Shown here: one piece after another, positions 18,421-27,027 of the stretch
Position numbering within the stretch: the first letter of the stretch is position 1
Layout of the letters: each line of letters begins with the position of its first letter
Source: Candidatus Bathyarchaeum sp.
GTDB taxonomy: Archaea; Thermoproteota; Bathyarchaeia; Bathyarchaeales; Bathyarchaeaceae
DNA: 41,076 nucleotides
Direction of reading: 5' to 3'
Assembly: GCA_026014495.1 (NCBI GenBank)
Contig: JAOZIF010000192.1
Coordinates: 1 to 41,076, forward strand
Notes under the pieces: model-generated
Told to the model about the DNA's origin: nothing
What the model saw: the letters and a program-made list of their open reading frames with translations, nothing else
Databases searched by the model: none
Program-made: the position numbers and the translations under genes

Positions 18421-18456
18421 GCAATATTTAAATGTTGCGCATGCACATGTTGTGCA
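18421..18456. promoter_or_regulatory. Symmetric TATA-like palindrome and adjacent inverted repeat in the nurA / wHTH divergent spacer
   Basis: GCAATATTTAAATGTTGC (18421-18438, one mismatch) and TGCACA-TGT-TGTGCA (18442-18456). Confidence 0.45.
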
Positions 18457-18481
18457 ATACAATATACAATAAGGGAACAAA

Positions 18482-18883
18482 ATGACAGAAAACACAGACC
18501 CACCAATACGCCTCAAAATGAAAGTAGGCAACCTAGAATTCGAAATCGAATGCCAACAAGACCAACTAGAAGAATCCGTAAAACGAATCCTATCAACAGT
18601 AACAACATACGCAAAAGAACCCGCCCTAGCACCCGAACGTAACCTTCCACCACCAAGAGCAGAAACCTGCAAAAGCCTCATACAACAACTCTGGACCGAA
18701 GGATGGTTCGCAAACCCACATGGACTGGGCGAAGTCCACAGTGAAATGGCCCGTAGAGGATTCCACTACGATCGAACAGCAGTCGCTCACGCACTAGTAG
18801 ACCTAATGAAAGAAGGTTTACTCACAAGAGAAGGACGACCAAGACGCTACCGCTACGCCCAAAAAAGACCGCCCAGAACCTAA
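18482..18883 (+). CDS. Conserved archaeal protein with C-terminal winged-HTH
   Basis: LIQQLWTEGWF...LGEVHSEMARRGFHYDRTAVAHALVDLMKEGLLTREG...YRY. Confidence 0.75.
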   Translation: MTENTDPPIRLKMKVGNLEFEIECQQDQLEESVKRILSTVTTYAKEPALAPERNLPPPRAETCKSLIQQLWTEGWFANPHGLGEVHSEMARRGFHYDRTAVAHALVDLMKEGLLTREGRPRRYRYAQKRPPRT

Positions 18884-18898
18884 ATTTAATCAAAGCAC

Positions 18899-19150
18899 TT
18901 AGAAATACTCTTTTAGTTCACTCCACTTTGCAACAAAATCCCGTCCCCTATCGGTTGTCACATATTTTGTTGGCTCATCTTTGACTTCCAATAGACCATG
19001 CTCTTGCATGTAACCAAGATAATGCTGGAGCATTCTCCATGACAGGTTTGTGCCATACATAACTCTGGTTTTGCTCTTTGGTTTTGAGCATAAACCAAGA
19101 ATCTCTGCCATAATTTCTACGCGGTCTCTCTTAGTACCCATTACGCTCAC
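18899..19150 (-). CDS. Small winged-HTH protein (HTH_45-like)
   Basis: RDRVEIMAEIL...KTRVMYGTNLSW...YVTTDRG. Confidence 0.85.
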   Translation of the reverse strand: MSVMGTKRDRVEIMAEILGLCSKPKSKTRVMYGTNLSWRMLQHYLGYMQEHGLLEVKDEPTKYVTTDRGRDFVAKWSELKEYF

Positions 19151-19428
19151 ACAAACATAATCCCTTTGTCAATGAAACGTTTTTAATGTATCTGTTCTGT
19201 ATTACTGTTCAACAACATTTTCTTAGGTGCCCTTTGTTATTTTCCATGAATTTTCTCTGGGCATCACCATGTTATGGCTCCTTCTGTGAGCAAATCGGAC
19301 CTGTTTATTGTATCCCAGAACGTGGATAATTTGCTAAACAACCTGATGATCTCTTCATTTTTCATTATTATGTCGAAAAACAATTAAACATCGCCTACAA
19401 AGTACTGTAACTGAACGGGGGCTACAAA

Positions 19429-19845
19429 ATGAAGTGGGGGAAGTTTTGGTCTCTATTAGTCATATCCTGTGTAGCTATCACAATAATGCAAGGCATTTTG
19501 TATCTTTTAGCTTACATTAAATTGTTCACACTTTTCAGCGGCATTCTAATTGTTCTGCTCTCGATTCCTTTGACTTACACAGTTGCATACGTGCACACAA
19601 AATATCAATACTCAAAAAGTGTCAAGTTAACAAACAAGATAGCCTTCATAGTGGCTGGAGCTTTTGTGGCGCCCGCAATAACTTTGTTCACAGTAGCTTT
19701 CATCGCTTTGGCTACGGGATTTGGTTTAACCAACTACATCGGGGGCTGGGGTTTCTTAGCCCTAATGTACATTGCAGCTCCAATTATTGGGGCTTCTATA
19801 ACCTACTGGATAGGCAAAAGAAGAAACTTTATGCCATACGTGTAA
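19429..19845 (+). CDS. Hypothetical integral membrane protein (about 4 TM)
   Basis: Four hydrophobic segments, GGGGG RBS, ATG start. Confidence 0.7.
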   Translation: MKWGKFWSLLVISCVAITIMQGILYLLAYIKLFTLFSGILIVLLSIPLTYTVAYVHTKYQYSKSVKLTNKIAFIVAGAFVAPAITLFTVAFIALATGFGLTNYIGGWGFLALMYIAAPIIGASITYWIGKRRNFMPYV

Positions 19846-19860
19846 CGGTTACCTAAACTC

Positions 19861-20160
19861 TTACTTTTTTGGTTTCCAAATACACGCTATAGCATTCTGG
19901 CTGCACGCCACAACACAAGGTACATTGCCTTCTTCAGGTTTGCATGATGAACATGTGTACCTGATTTTTTTGCGTTGCTCCTCAGTGACTGCGGCTACCA
20001 TTTTGTCTTCGAGGTCAATAAACATGGCTTCCATAACCAAGGCGCCTTCAGGACAAACCTTGATGCAGTCACCGCAGCTATTGCATTTCTCTGCATCGAT
20101 AACTATGTAATATTCGCCTGAACCGTCAGTGTAGCCATAATATGTTATGAACGCTCTCAC
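19861..20160 (-). CDS. 2x[4Fe-4S] ferredoxin, BzdM-like
   Basis: YGYTDGSGEYYIVID-CNSCGDCIKVCP...IRYTCSSCKP-x6-PCVVAC. The N-terminus resembles ferredoxins of bzd-type benzoyl-CoA reductase clusters. GTG start overlaps the upstream stop. Confidence 0.85.
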   Translation of the reverse strand: MRAFITYYGYTDGSGEYYIVIDAEKCNSCGDCIKVCPEGALVMEAMFIDLEDKMVAAVTEEQRKKIRYTCSSCKPEEGNVPCVVACSQNAIACIWKPKK

Positions 20161-21068
20161 CCTCTAACGTTTTGTGATTTTTCGTACAATGCTTTAGCAA
20201 ATAAGGCAGCTCCAATGGCGCCTGCAGAAGCTGGGTCACGTCCGCTTTCGTCCAAGTTTGGAACCGGAAGTCGCTTTATACCAAGTATATTCTCTACTCT
20301 GTGTACTAAACCTATGTTTTTGGATTGCCCACCAGTGATTACAAAGTCTTTTTCACAGCCCACTTTTTCTATTAGTTCACTCATTCTGGTAGCCATGGCA
20401 CGAAGATATGCAGCTAACACTTTTTCTTTGGTCCAGCCTTTTCGTAGTAGTCCAACTGCCTCACTTTTTGCGAAGACTACACAGGTGCTGCTTACTGGCT
20501 CTGGCTCTTCAGTTACGCTAAGAGACACTTTACCTACATCTTCAATGGGTATCTGTAGCAGGTCAGCGATGACTTCCATTCCTCGTCCCGTGCCTGCCGC
20601 ACATTTATCATTCATCAAAAACGAGACTACTTTTCCTGTTTCGTCACATCTGATTGCCTTAACGTCTTGTCCGCCAACATCTAGAACCGTTCTTACTGTG
20701 GGTCCCCAGATGTAATTGGCGCCTTTGGCATGGCATGCAATTTCTGTGATTGCCCTGTTTGCCATGGGAACGTTTACTCTGCCGTACCCTGTTCCCACAA
20801 TATACTGAAAATCCTTTAGTGTTAAACCCGTGCCTTCCATAGCCCATCCGAGCGCTTTGTTTGCGCTGTCTGAGCTGTTTGAGCCCGTTCTCATAACACT
20901 CCACGCATATATCTCGCCATCAAGCATGATTACTGCCTTGGAGCCAACCGAGCCAACATCCACTCCTGCTGTTACTATTTTTGCGTCTTTCCAGTTCATG
21001 TTTGGCATGGATTTTCTGTACTCGAGCCATCTCCAGTATTCGGTTTTTCCGTTGTTATTGTTGGTCAT
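20157..21068 (-). CDS. bzdQ: ATP-dependent activase subunit, BzdQ/BcrA-like (ASKHA fold)
   Basis: EYWRW N-terminus, AGVDVGS, TGYGR, LDVGGQDVK, NDKCAAGTG, SSTCVVFAKSE. Confidence 0.8.
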   Translation of the reverse strand: MTNNNNGKTEYWRWLEYRKSMPNMNWKDAKIVTAGVDVGSVGSKAVIMLDGEIYAWSVMRTGSNSSDSANKALGWAMEGTGLTLKDFQYIVGTGYGRVNVPMANRAITEIACHAKGANYIWGPTVRTVLDVGGQDVKAIRCDETGKVVSFLMNDKCAAGTGRGMEVIADLLQIPIEDVGKVSLSVTEEPEPVSSTCVVFAKSEAVGLLRKGWTKEKVLAAYLRAMATRMSELIEKVGCEKDFVITGGQSKNIGLVHRVENILGIKRLPVPNLDESGRDPASAGAIGAALFAKALYEKSQNVRG

Positions 21069-21073
21069 TTTGT

Positions 21074-21859
21074 TTAGTGCCTCCTTTTTGCTCGTTTGGC
21101 TGCAACTAATGCGGCGCCCACTGCGCCAGCGTATATTGGTTCTTCAGGTATTAAGATGTCAATTCCCAGCCGTCTTTTAAGAGAAGCAACAAAACCCACA
21201 TCTTTAGCTACTCCGCCAATAAGCACAACATCTGGAGTTACTCCAAGCCTATTGACCATAGAGGAGACCCTCTCAGCCATTGCATCAAAGATTGCTCGTG
21301 CGATTTCGCTTTTGGGTTCTTCTCGGTGAATCAAAGAAACTACGTCTGATTCTGCGAAGATTACGCAACTTGCGTTTATTGGGCTTGCCCGTTCTGCATT
21401 CAGGGACAATGAGCCCATATCATTCATTTCCACTTCTAGTGCTCTTGCCATGGCTTCGATGAATGTGCCTGCTCCTGCTGCGCATCTTGCGTTTACAACA
21501 AAGTCCATCATTACTCCGTTTTCGTCACATTTTACTGCGCGTGCGTCCTCAGCTCCGACGTCCATTATTGTTCTGGCTGATGGGAAATAGTATGCTCCTG
21601 CTTTTGCGTCTGCTCCCATCATGCTTATTGTGCTGTCTGCAAAGGATGCCATGTTTACGCCTGCACCTGTGGCTGTTATGTGTTCTATGTCTTCGCGGGA
21701 CAGTTTTGCGCTTTCCAAAGCCTCTTTTAGTGTTTGTTCAGCAACTTTGGCTGGTTCAAATCCTGAAAAGTTTTGGCTCTGAGCGATTATTTGTTTGTCT
21801 TTTATTATGGCCACTTTCACCCTTTGGGTGCCCATATCTATTCCAGCGGATATCATCAT
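21074..21859 (-). CDS. ATP-dependent activase subunit, BzdP/BcrD/HgdC-like
   Basis: AGIDMGT, DVGAEDAR, NARCAAGAG, NASCVIFAESD, VGAALVA. Confidence 0.85.
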   Translation of the reverse strand: MMISAGIDMGTQRVKVAIIKDKQIIAQSQNFSGFEPAKVAEQTLKEALESAKLSREDIEHITATGAGVNMASFADSTISMMGADAKAGAYYFPSARTIMDVGAEDARAVKCDENGVMMDFVVNARCAAGAGTFIEAMARALEVEMNDMGSLSLNAERASPINASCVIFAESDVVSLIHREEPKSEIARAIFDAMAERVSSMVNRLGVTPDVVLIGGVAKDVGFVASLKRRLGIDILIPEEPIYAGAVGAALVAAKRAKRRH

Positions 21860-21873
21860 CGTTTGTTCTCCTT

Positions 21874-23208
21874 TTATATGTCGATTCTTGCTTCAAGCAT
21901 TTCTAAGAATGCTTCTACTCTTGTTTTCATTTGTCCAACATCTTCTCTTGTGTATTCTGTGTCTAGGTAGTATACGGGTATTCCCATTTTGTCTAGTACC
22001 TTTTTTATTCGGGCGTATTCCATTGCATAGAGGATGCATCCTCTGACCACGTAGTAGATTACGCCGTCAACTTTGTATTCTTTGATTCTGTCAATTATCC
22101 AGTTTATTCTGTCTTCATTTCCATGCTCTGACGTGAAGCAAGGACATGTGCATGCCATGATGTATCGTTCGCTTATGGCGTTTAGCATGTCGCTCATGTT
22201 CCATTCGTCTACTCCAACTGGGTCATACAGAATTCTGTCGCTTGAACACTGCTCGTCAACAACAACTACTCCCTGCGGGTTAGATTCTTCAATCAGGTTG
22301 GGCACCTTCCAGCTGTCAGGCCAAATCATTGGAGTTCCTGTAATCATAACCCGTGGAGTGTCAGGATACGAGGAATAATCTTTTTGTTCAACCCGCTTTT
22401 CAAGCTCATCGCACAACTCGTTTACTTTTTGGGTCCAACGTTCAATGTCGTCCCAGAGGCTTGTTTGGTTCACCAGCATGGCGTCTCTTCCATTTATCAC
22501 AGGTGCACCTTTCCTTAGTTCCTGTAGTCTGCGAAACGCCTTTGTTGCTTGCTGCATCTTCTCTATTGCTTCTTTGAGTTTTTGTCTAGTGATCTTGTTT
22601 CCTGTCAGCTTCTCAATTTTCTCTTTTATTACTAGTATCTCTTTTTTCCACATGTCCAATGTGTGGGTGTCATCTTTGACTCGTGGAGGATTCATGTACC
22701 ATATCGGCTTAAAGTCTGACAACATTTCGCTCAGTTTGGTTCTGCCGTCACATGTGAGAGGAATTACTATGGCGTCGCTGAGCTCAAGATACGGAGACAA
22801 ACTTACCATCTTTGCGCCCACTGTAGAGCGGATGACTGGACAGATTTCGACGGGCATGATTCTGTCTCCTAGTTTTGCTGTGTCATACCACCCTGAGCCT
22901 ACGCGAACTGGGATGGCGTCTGCCGCTAAAATCAGTTCGATTGGCGCGAATATGCAGGAGTATCCAATAATCTTTTTTCCTGCAGCTTTTTGTTCTTCCA
23001 GCTCTTTTGCGCGTTTTCCAAAAAGGTTTGAGATTTCATCGAAGTATTCCATGGCTTTTGGTCGATTCTTCCATGTTTTTTTCATTCTTTCGATGTTGTC
23101 TTCAATCACTTTAATGGATGCAGCTTTAATCGATTTGTTTAGTTCATCGATTTCACTTTGAGCCATTTCAGGGATATATTTTGGTTCTTTTTCGATTTTG
23201 CTTGCCAT
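21874..23208 (-). CDS. Double-cubane-cluster (DCCP)-like reductase of the 2-hydroxyacyl-CoA dehydratase family
   Basis: NRPKAMEYFD, KVNELCDELEKRV, PRVMITGTP, GQMKTRVEAFLEM. Cys85, 123, 153 and Cys321, 355, 391 fit the 3+3 double-cubane ligand pattern. Confidence 0.75.
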   Translation of the reverse strand: MASKIEKEPKYIPEMAQSEIDELNKSIKAASIKVIEDNIERMKKTWKNRPKAMEYFDEISNLFGKRAKELEEQKAAGKKIIGYSCIFAPIELILAADAIPVRVGSGWYDTAKLGDRIMPVEICPVIRSTVGAKMVSLSPYLELSDAIVIPLTCDGRTKLSEMLSDFKPIWYMNPPRVKDDTHTLDMWKKEILVIKEKIEKLTGNKITRQKLKEAIEKMQQATKAFRRLQELRKGAPVINGRDAMLVNQTSLWDDIERWTQKVNELCDELEKRVEQKDYSSYPDTPRVMITGTPMIWPDSWKVPNLIEESNPQGVVVVDEQCSSDRILYDPVGVDEWNMSDMLNAISERYIMACTCPCFTSEHGNEDRINWIIDRIKEYKVDGVIYYVVRGCILYAMEYARIKKVLDKMGIPVYYLDTEYTREDVGQMKTRVEAFLEMLEARIDI

Positions 23209-23218
23209 TCCGTTTTCC

Positions 23219-24397
23219 TCATTCTTCTTCGTTTAGCCAGTTTTTGGATTTGTAGATTGGTTTGCCTGCAACTTCCACTTTTAGACAGCCCTCGTATGGG
23301 CACATTTCTACGCAGCGGAAGCATAGTATGCAGTCGGATACGGTTACGTCGCCTCCTTTTTCTTCGTAGACGTCAGTAACCTGTGGTGGGCACACTCGTT
23401 TGCATATGCCACATTTTGTACATTTTTCTTCTACTTTAGTTATTTTGATGGGTGAAAGCCGTTTGAAGGGTCCAAATCTGCTAAATATTGCGATTAGTCC
23501 ACCTAGTGGGCAGATTCGGCACCATAGGCGTCTTACCATAAATGAACCTACAGTTACTATGCCTAGAATAACAATGTTAATTGAGGTAAGATACCACCCT
23601 GTTAATGCAAAGTCTCCTATTGTTCTGGATAGGGCATAATCGATGTCCATGTATCCTAAGCCACTTTCTACGAGCACAAACAGGGGTTTAGCGGGACAGA
23701 CTTGGCAGAACGGTATTTCTAGGTATCGTCCCAGTTCTGACTCTGAGACAAGCTCTATTCCTGCGATGGCGTTCATGCCTAAAATAAAGCTGAGTATCAA
23801 AAATGCGGCTATAATCAGGTATCTGGATTGCTTTAGCATCTCGTTGGTTCTTTCTGAAAGCGTCCAATGTTTGATTTTCAGGGCTTTTCTTAGGCGAGTT
23901 AGTAGGTCCATGTACAGCCCGAATGGGCATATCCATCCGCAGAGGAATCTGCCAAAAATTAGCGAAAATATGACAAGAAAACCTGTGGCGATTGCCAGTC
24001 TTTCTATGCCCGTTGTGAGGTACACGTTACTTGTTGCGTAGTCGGGGAACAGGTAGCTTTGGAGTTGCCAGACTACACAGGTTGCTGTTCTTCCGGATGC
24101 ATAGTAGCATGAGAATGTGGGCACAGTTAGTCCATCTGGGTATGGTGACCCTAGAATGTTTGTGCCTACTACTATGTCCCTTGGTGCTGTGCCAAGATAC
24201 GCCCACTGGTCTAGTCCAAAGGGTCCAATTATTAATCCCAGAAAGATTACGGCTACTGACACTATCTGGATGAAAAGGCGCATGGCGCTTAGTTTTCTTG
24301 TGAGGTTTTTAACCCAGATTAGTATCGCCAGTATTCCAGCTAAAATCAGCCCTACTGCTATTGTTGCCCGCAACGTTTCTGCAACGATTTCCAGCAT
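23219..24397 (-). CDS. Membrane-bound 4Fe-4S protein, NapH/MauN/FixG-like
   Basis: Several TM helices; GRFLCGWICPFG, FCQVCP, WCRICPLG and two ferredoxin motifs (CTKCGICKRVCP, CILCFRCVEMCP). Confidence 0.9.
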   Translation of the reverse strand: MLEIVAETLRATIAVGLILAGILAILIWVKNLTRKLSAMRLFIQIVSVAVIFLGLIIGPFGLDQWAYLGTAPRDIVVGTNILGSPYPDGLTVPTFSCYYASGRTATCVVWQLQSYLFPDYATSNVYLTTGIERLAIATGFLVIFSLIFGRFLCGWICPFGLYMDLLTRLRKALKIKHWTLSERTNEMLKQSRYLIIAAFLILSFILGMNAIAGIELVSESELGRYLEIPFCQVCPAKPLFVLVESGLGYMDIDYALSRTIGDFALTGWYLTSINIVILGIVTVGSFMVRRLWCRICPLGGLIAIFSRFGPFKRLSPIKITKVEEKCTKCGICKRVCPPQVTDVYEEKGGDVTVSDCILCFRCVEMCPYEGCLKVEVAGKPIYKSKNWLNEEE

Positions 24398-24415
24398 CCC
24401 TGTTTTTTCTCCATT

Positions 24416-25099
24416 TTAGATGATTGTTATTATTGCGTTAAGTAATACGCCAAGTCCCATTGCAACAAGGGCTATTCCTCCAATTTTTGATAGCCACTTA
24501 CTAAAGAGCGGTGCCTTGTTTAGAAGCCAGCCTGTTGCTCCTCCAAGAATCAAAAGCGGAGATAATGCAGTTCCTAGTCCAAACAGAACCGCTACAAGTG
24601 TTAAATTAACCTGTGAAAGTGTCACCGCATACAAGAGAAGCCCAACTAAGGCAGGGCACAATACAAGACCTCTAGTGAATCCCATACTAAATGCGCGCAG
24701 GTCAAACCTGTTTGTTAGTTTTGAGATTCCAAACCTGTCTGACGTTTGTTCTGGGCAGTCGCATTTGGTGCCCGATTTTTTCATCAATATTGTTGCTCCA
24801 ATGAATATGACTATTGCTGCGAATGCAAAAGAAGAATACTCTTGATATGCGCTGAGGATTTCCTCGCTTACTACCACACTGAGCAGCCCCACTGCTGTTC
24901 CTATAATTGCATATGCCAATATGCGGCCTGCGTTGTAGATTGTGGTGACTGCAAGTCCTTTTTTGAATCCTGCTCCTATGCCTGCGATGTAACTTACAAT
25001 GTATGGAAGACACGCAGAAGTGCAGAAAGTGAGCCCATACAGTAGCCCTAAAACCAGAGAAGCAAGGTAAGGATTCGAAATCTGCTCTAGCACAGTCAT
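24416..25099 (-). CDS. DsbD_2 / TauE-SafE / UreH-like polytopic membrane protein
   Basis: GLLYGLTFCTSAC, YNAGRILAYAIIG, GFTRGLVLCP, FGLGT; 6-7 TM. Start ATG 25099 preferred over TTG 25201. Confidence 0.8.
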   Translation of the reverse strand: MTVLEQISNPYLASLVLGLLYGLTFCTSACLPYIVSYIAGIGAGFKKGLAVTTIYNAGRILAYAIIGTAVGLLSVVVSEEILSAYQEYSSFAFAAIVIFIGATILMKKSGTKCDCPEQTSDRFGISKLTNRFDLRAFSMGFTRGLVLCPALVGLLLYAVTLSQVNLTLVAVLFGLGTALSPLLILGGATGWLLNKAPLFSKWLSKIGGIALVAMGLGVLLNAIITII

Positions 25100-25316
25100 C
25101 TTAAACTTAGCCCTTGAGCTTGTTAGAGCAGAAAATACACCACCACCGAATTTAACTATTGCCGTAAAAACACAAAATAGGCTACCAATTATCACTGTCA
25201 AAACTGTAAATGTACTGGATCTTTTTCATATGACTCACATTGCCAAAAATAATCCTGCATATATGTTAACTAACACTAGTTGGGGTTCTTCCTTTGAAAG
25301 GGTGTAACTGACCGAA

Positions 25317-26672
25317 CTATTTGCGTGAGAGAAAGAGAACAACCGTTGGTCCTGAGCTAATAATCATTATACTGCCAAAAAACGCTATTAAGAAACCTAA
25401 TAACGAACTTCTCAGCGTAGTTACTGAACTCCATTCCATCCTTGCCGAAAGATTTATTGTTTCTTTCGTATCTACGAGGGGGTTTTCAGTTACAACATAA
25501 ATTCTGGATAGTGCTTCTTCTTTCAAAAGTGGTATAGAAAAAGAAATGGAATCTATATTCGTTTTTTGGTAATAAAACTCACATGGCTCATAATTTTTCC
25601 ATTTTTCATAATTTGTTTCATTGAGTACATACAAGTTAAATACATTGCCTGACATCTCAGTTGCTGAACCTTTGAGTACAAAATCTTTTGGTTCATTTTC
25701 ATCTTGTGTACTTGTAAAGTTTCTTACCGTAATCTTTGATAAGTCTATTTCGCGTGAGGTGTAGTGGTTTCCAAGTTGAGCCCAACTGCAACGTCCAGTT
25801 ACTAATACTGTTGGCGATTGTTCTTCGTTAAAATCATCTATTACAAAGTAGAATGTCATAGAGTCTTGGGGGACTGAGAACCCGAATGTAATAGATGTTT
25901 TTACTTCCGAAATTGGAACCTCGGTTTCATAATATGTTGTATATGTTGTTATTCCTTGAGACCAAAGATTAAAGTTGTATTCATCAAGCACGTAAATACT
26001 AAAAGGCAATTGGGGAGAATTTTGCTCCATCGCCTGTACAGTAATCTTGATGTCTTTTTTTTCGATTGTGGGGTCGTCTCCAGTATGTACTTGATATGCA
26101 GAATAAAAAGCACAACTAGCATCTATTTCAAGCGTGAATTCTTGACTTTTTGTGCTCCACCCTGTTGCGACATTAACGGGAATCTCACTTAAAAAACCGT
26201 ATTGATCTGTACTCCTAAACAGTGGACTGTCTGAAGAATCAGTCGCTGTTACAATTCCAAAGATGAAGCTGGTTAAACCTAATATGAAAAGTATGGTAAC
26301 CAAAAGTTTAGATACACGTTGCCTTTTAGCGTTAATCACTCGGTTTCTAACACCAAAACCAACGTATGAAAAGACGTAAAATGTACAAAACAGAGCAATT
26401 AGACTCAGGTATGGCAATTGAGATAAACCTTCTGTTGGAGCCCACGGATTAAATAGCGACCAAAGAAAGGCATGTTCAAAACAGAATTCGTTGGTCTCAA
26501 CTTTTTTTCCAACATTTTCCACATAATAATCAGCGCGTGCCCCACAAGCGTCGCATAATCCATCGTTATCATAGCGCCAAGTTGAGGTCATGATGTTCCC
26601 CACTAACACAAAAATTGACATTATTACCAGTGCTAGTGCCAGAGAATTTTCACTCGGCTTCAAGAGTCCCAT
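25317..26672 (-). CDS. Hypothetical multi-pass membrane protein with large extracytoplasmic two-repeat domain
   Basis: Three N-terminal TM segments, repeats FSIYVLDEYNFNLW and FNLYVLNETNYEKW, C-terminal TM segment plus RK. Confidence 0.75.
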   Translation of the reverse strand: MGLLKPSENSLALALVIMSIFVLVGNIMTSTWRYDNDGLCDACGARADYYVENVGKKVETNEFCFEHAFLWSLFNPWAPTEGLSQLPYLSLIALFCTFYVFSYVGFGVRNRVINAKRQRVSKLLVTILFILGLTSFIFGIVTATDSSDSPLFRSTDQYGFLSEIPVNVATGWSTKSQEFTLEIDASCAFYSAYQVHTGDDPTIEKKDIKITVQAMEQNSPQLPFSIYVLDEYNFNLWSQGITTYTTYYETEVPISEVKTSITFGFSVPQDSMTFYFVIDDFNEEQSPTVLVTGRCSWAQLGNHYTSREIDLSKITVRNFTSTQDENEPKDFVLKGSATEMSGNVFNLYVLNETNYEKWKNYEPCEFYYQKTNIDSISFSIPLLKEEALSRIYVVTENPLVDTKETINLSARMEWSSVTTLRSSLLGFLIAFFGSIMIISSGPTVVLFLSRK

Positions 26673-26851
26673 CTCTTATATGTAATGCTACAATGCAAGA
26701 GTATAATCGAATAAAATATAAGATTACTTGTGTTTATTCATTTACTTGAACTTGTTTGTACAAAATACTTGAAGCCCACAAAAGAACATGGGGCTAAAAC
26801 ATACAATCAAGAATGTGTTTGCATCAAAATTATCTTGAGCATATTTGGTTC

Positions 26852-26960
26852 CTAATAGAGGTACATTGTTGAAAAACAGCTTTTCTCTGAAAAATTTCTA
26901 CACCGCACAAGAACAAAAGTTCACACAGGCACTTAGTACTAGCGTATTGTTGAAAACCTG
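26852..26960 (+). repeat. Dispersed intergenic element, copy B (upstream of lplA)
   Basis: 24-bp identity with copy A and collinear downstream blocks; a second ATTGTTGAAAAC at 26946-26957. Confidence 0.85.
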
Positions 26961-27027
26961 CAACCGCATTTCTTAGGCTTCACATTTAATAACATGCTTT
27001 TCATTTTTAGCATCTGAGGCAACAAAC

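Noticed and set aside
19205-19226. Possible fourth, inverted copy of the dispersed element (CTAAGAAAATGTTGTTGAAC on the minus strand)
   Set aside because: Spacing differs and none of the downstream blocks are present.
19255-19385. Short minus-strand ORF (MKNEEIIRLFSKLSTFWDTINRSDLLTEGAITW) in the 280-bp spacer
   Set aside because: 33 aa with no motif or clear RBS; cannot be supported without a homology search.
19861-23208. Calling the operon a complete class I benzoyl-CoA reductase
   Set aside because: Only one reductase-type subunit is present, and it resembles DCCP rather than BzdN/BzdO; no aroyl-CoA ligase or dienoyl-CoA genes are nearby.
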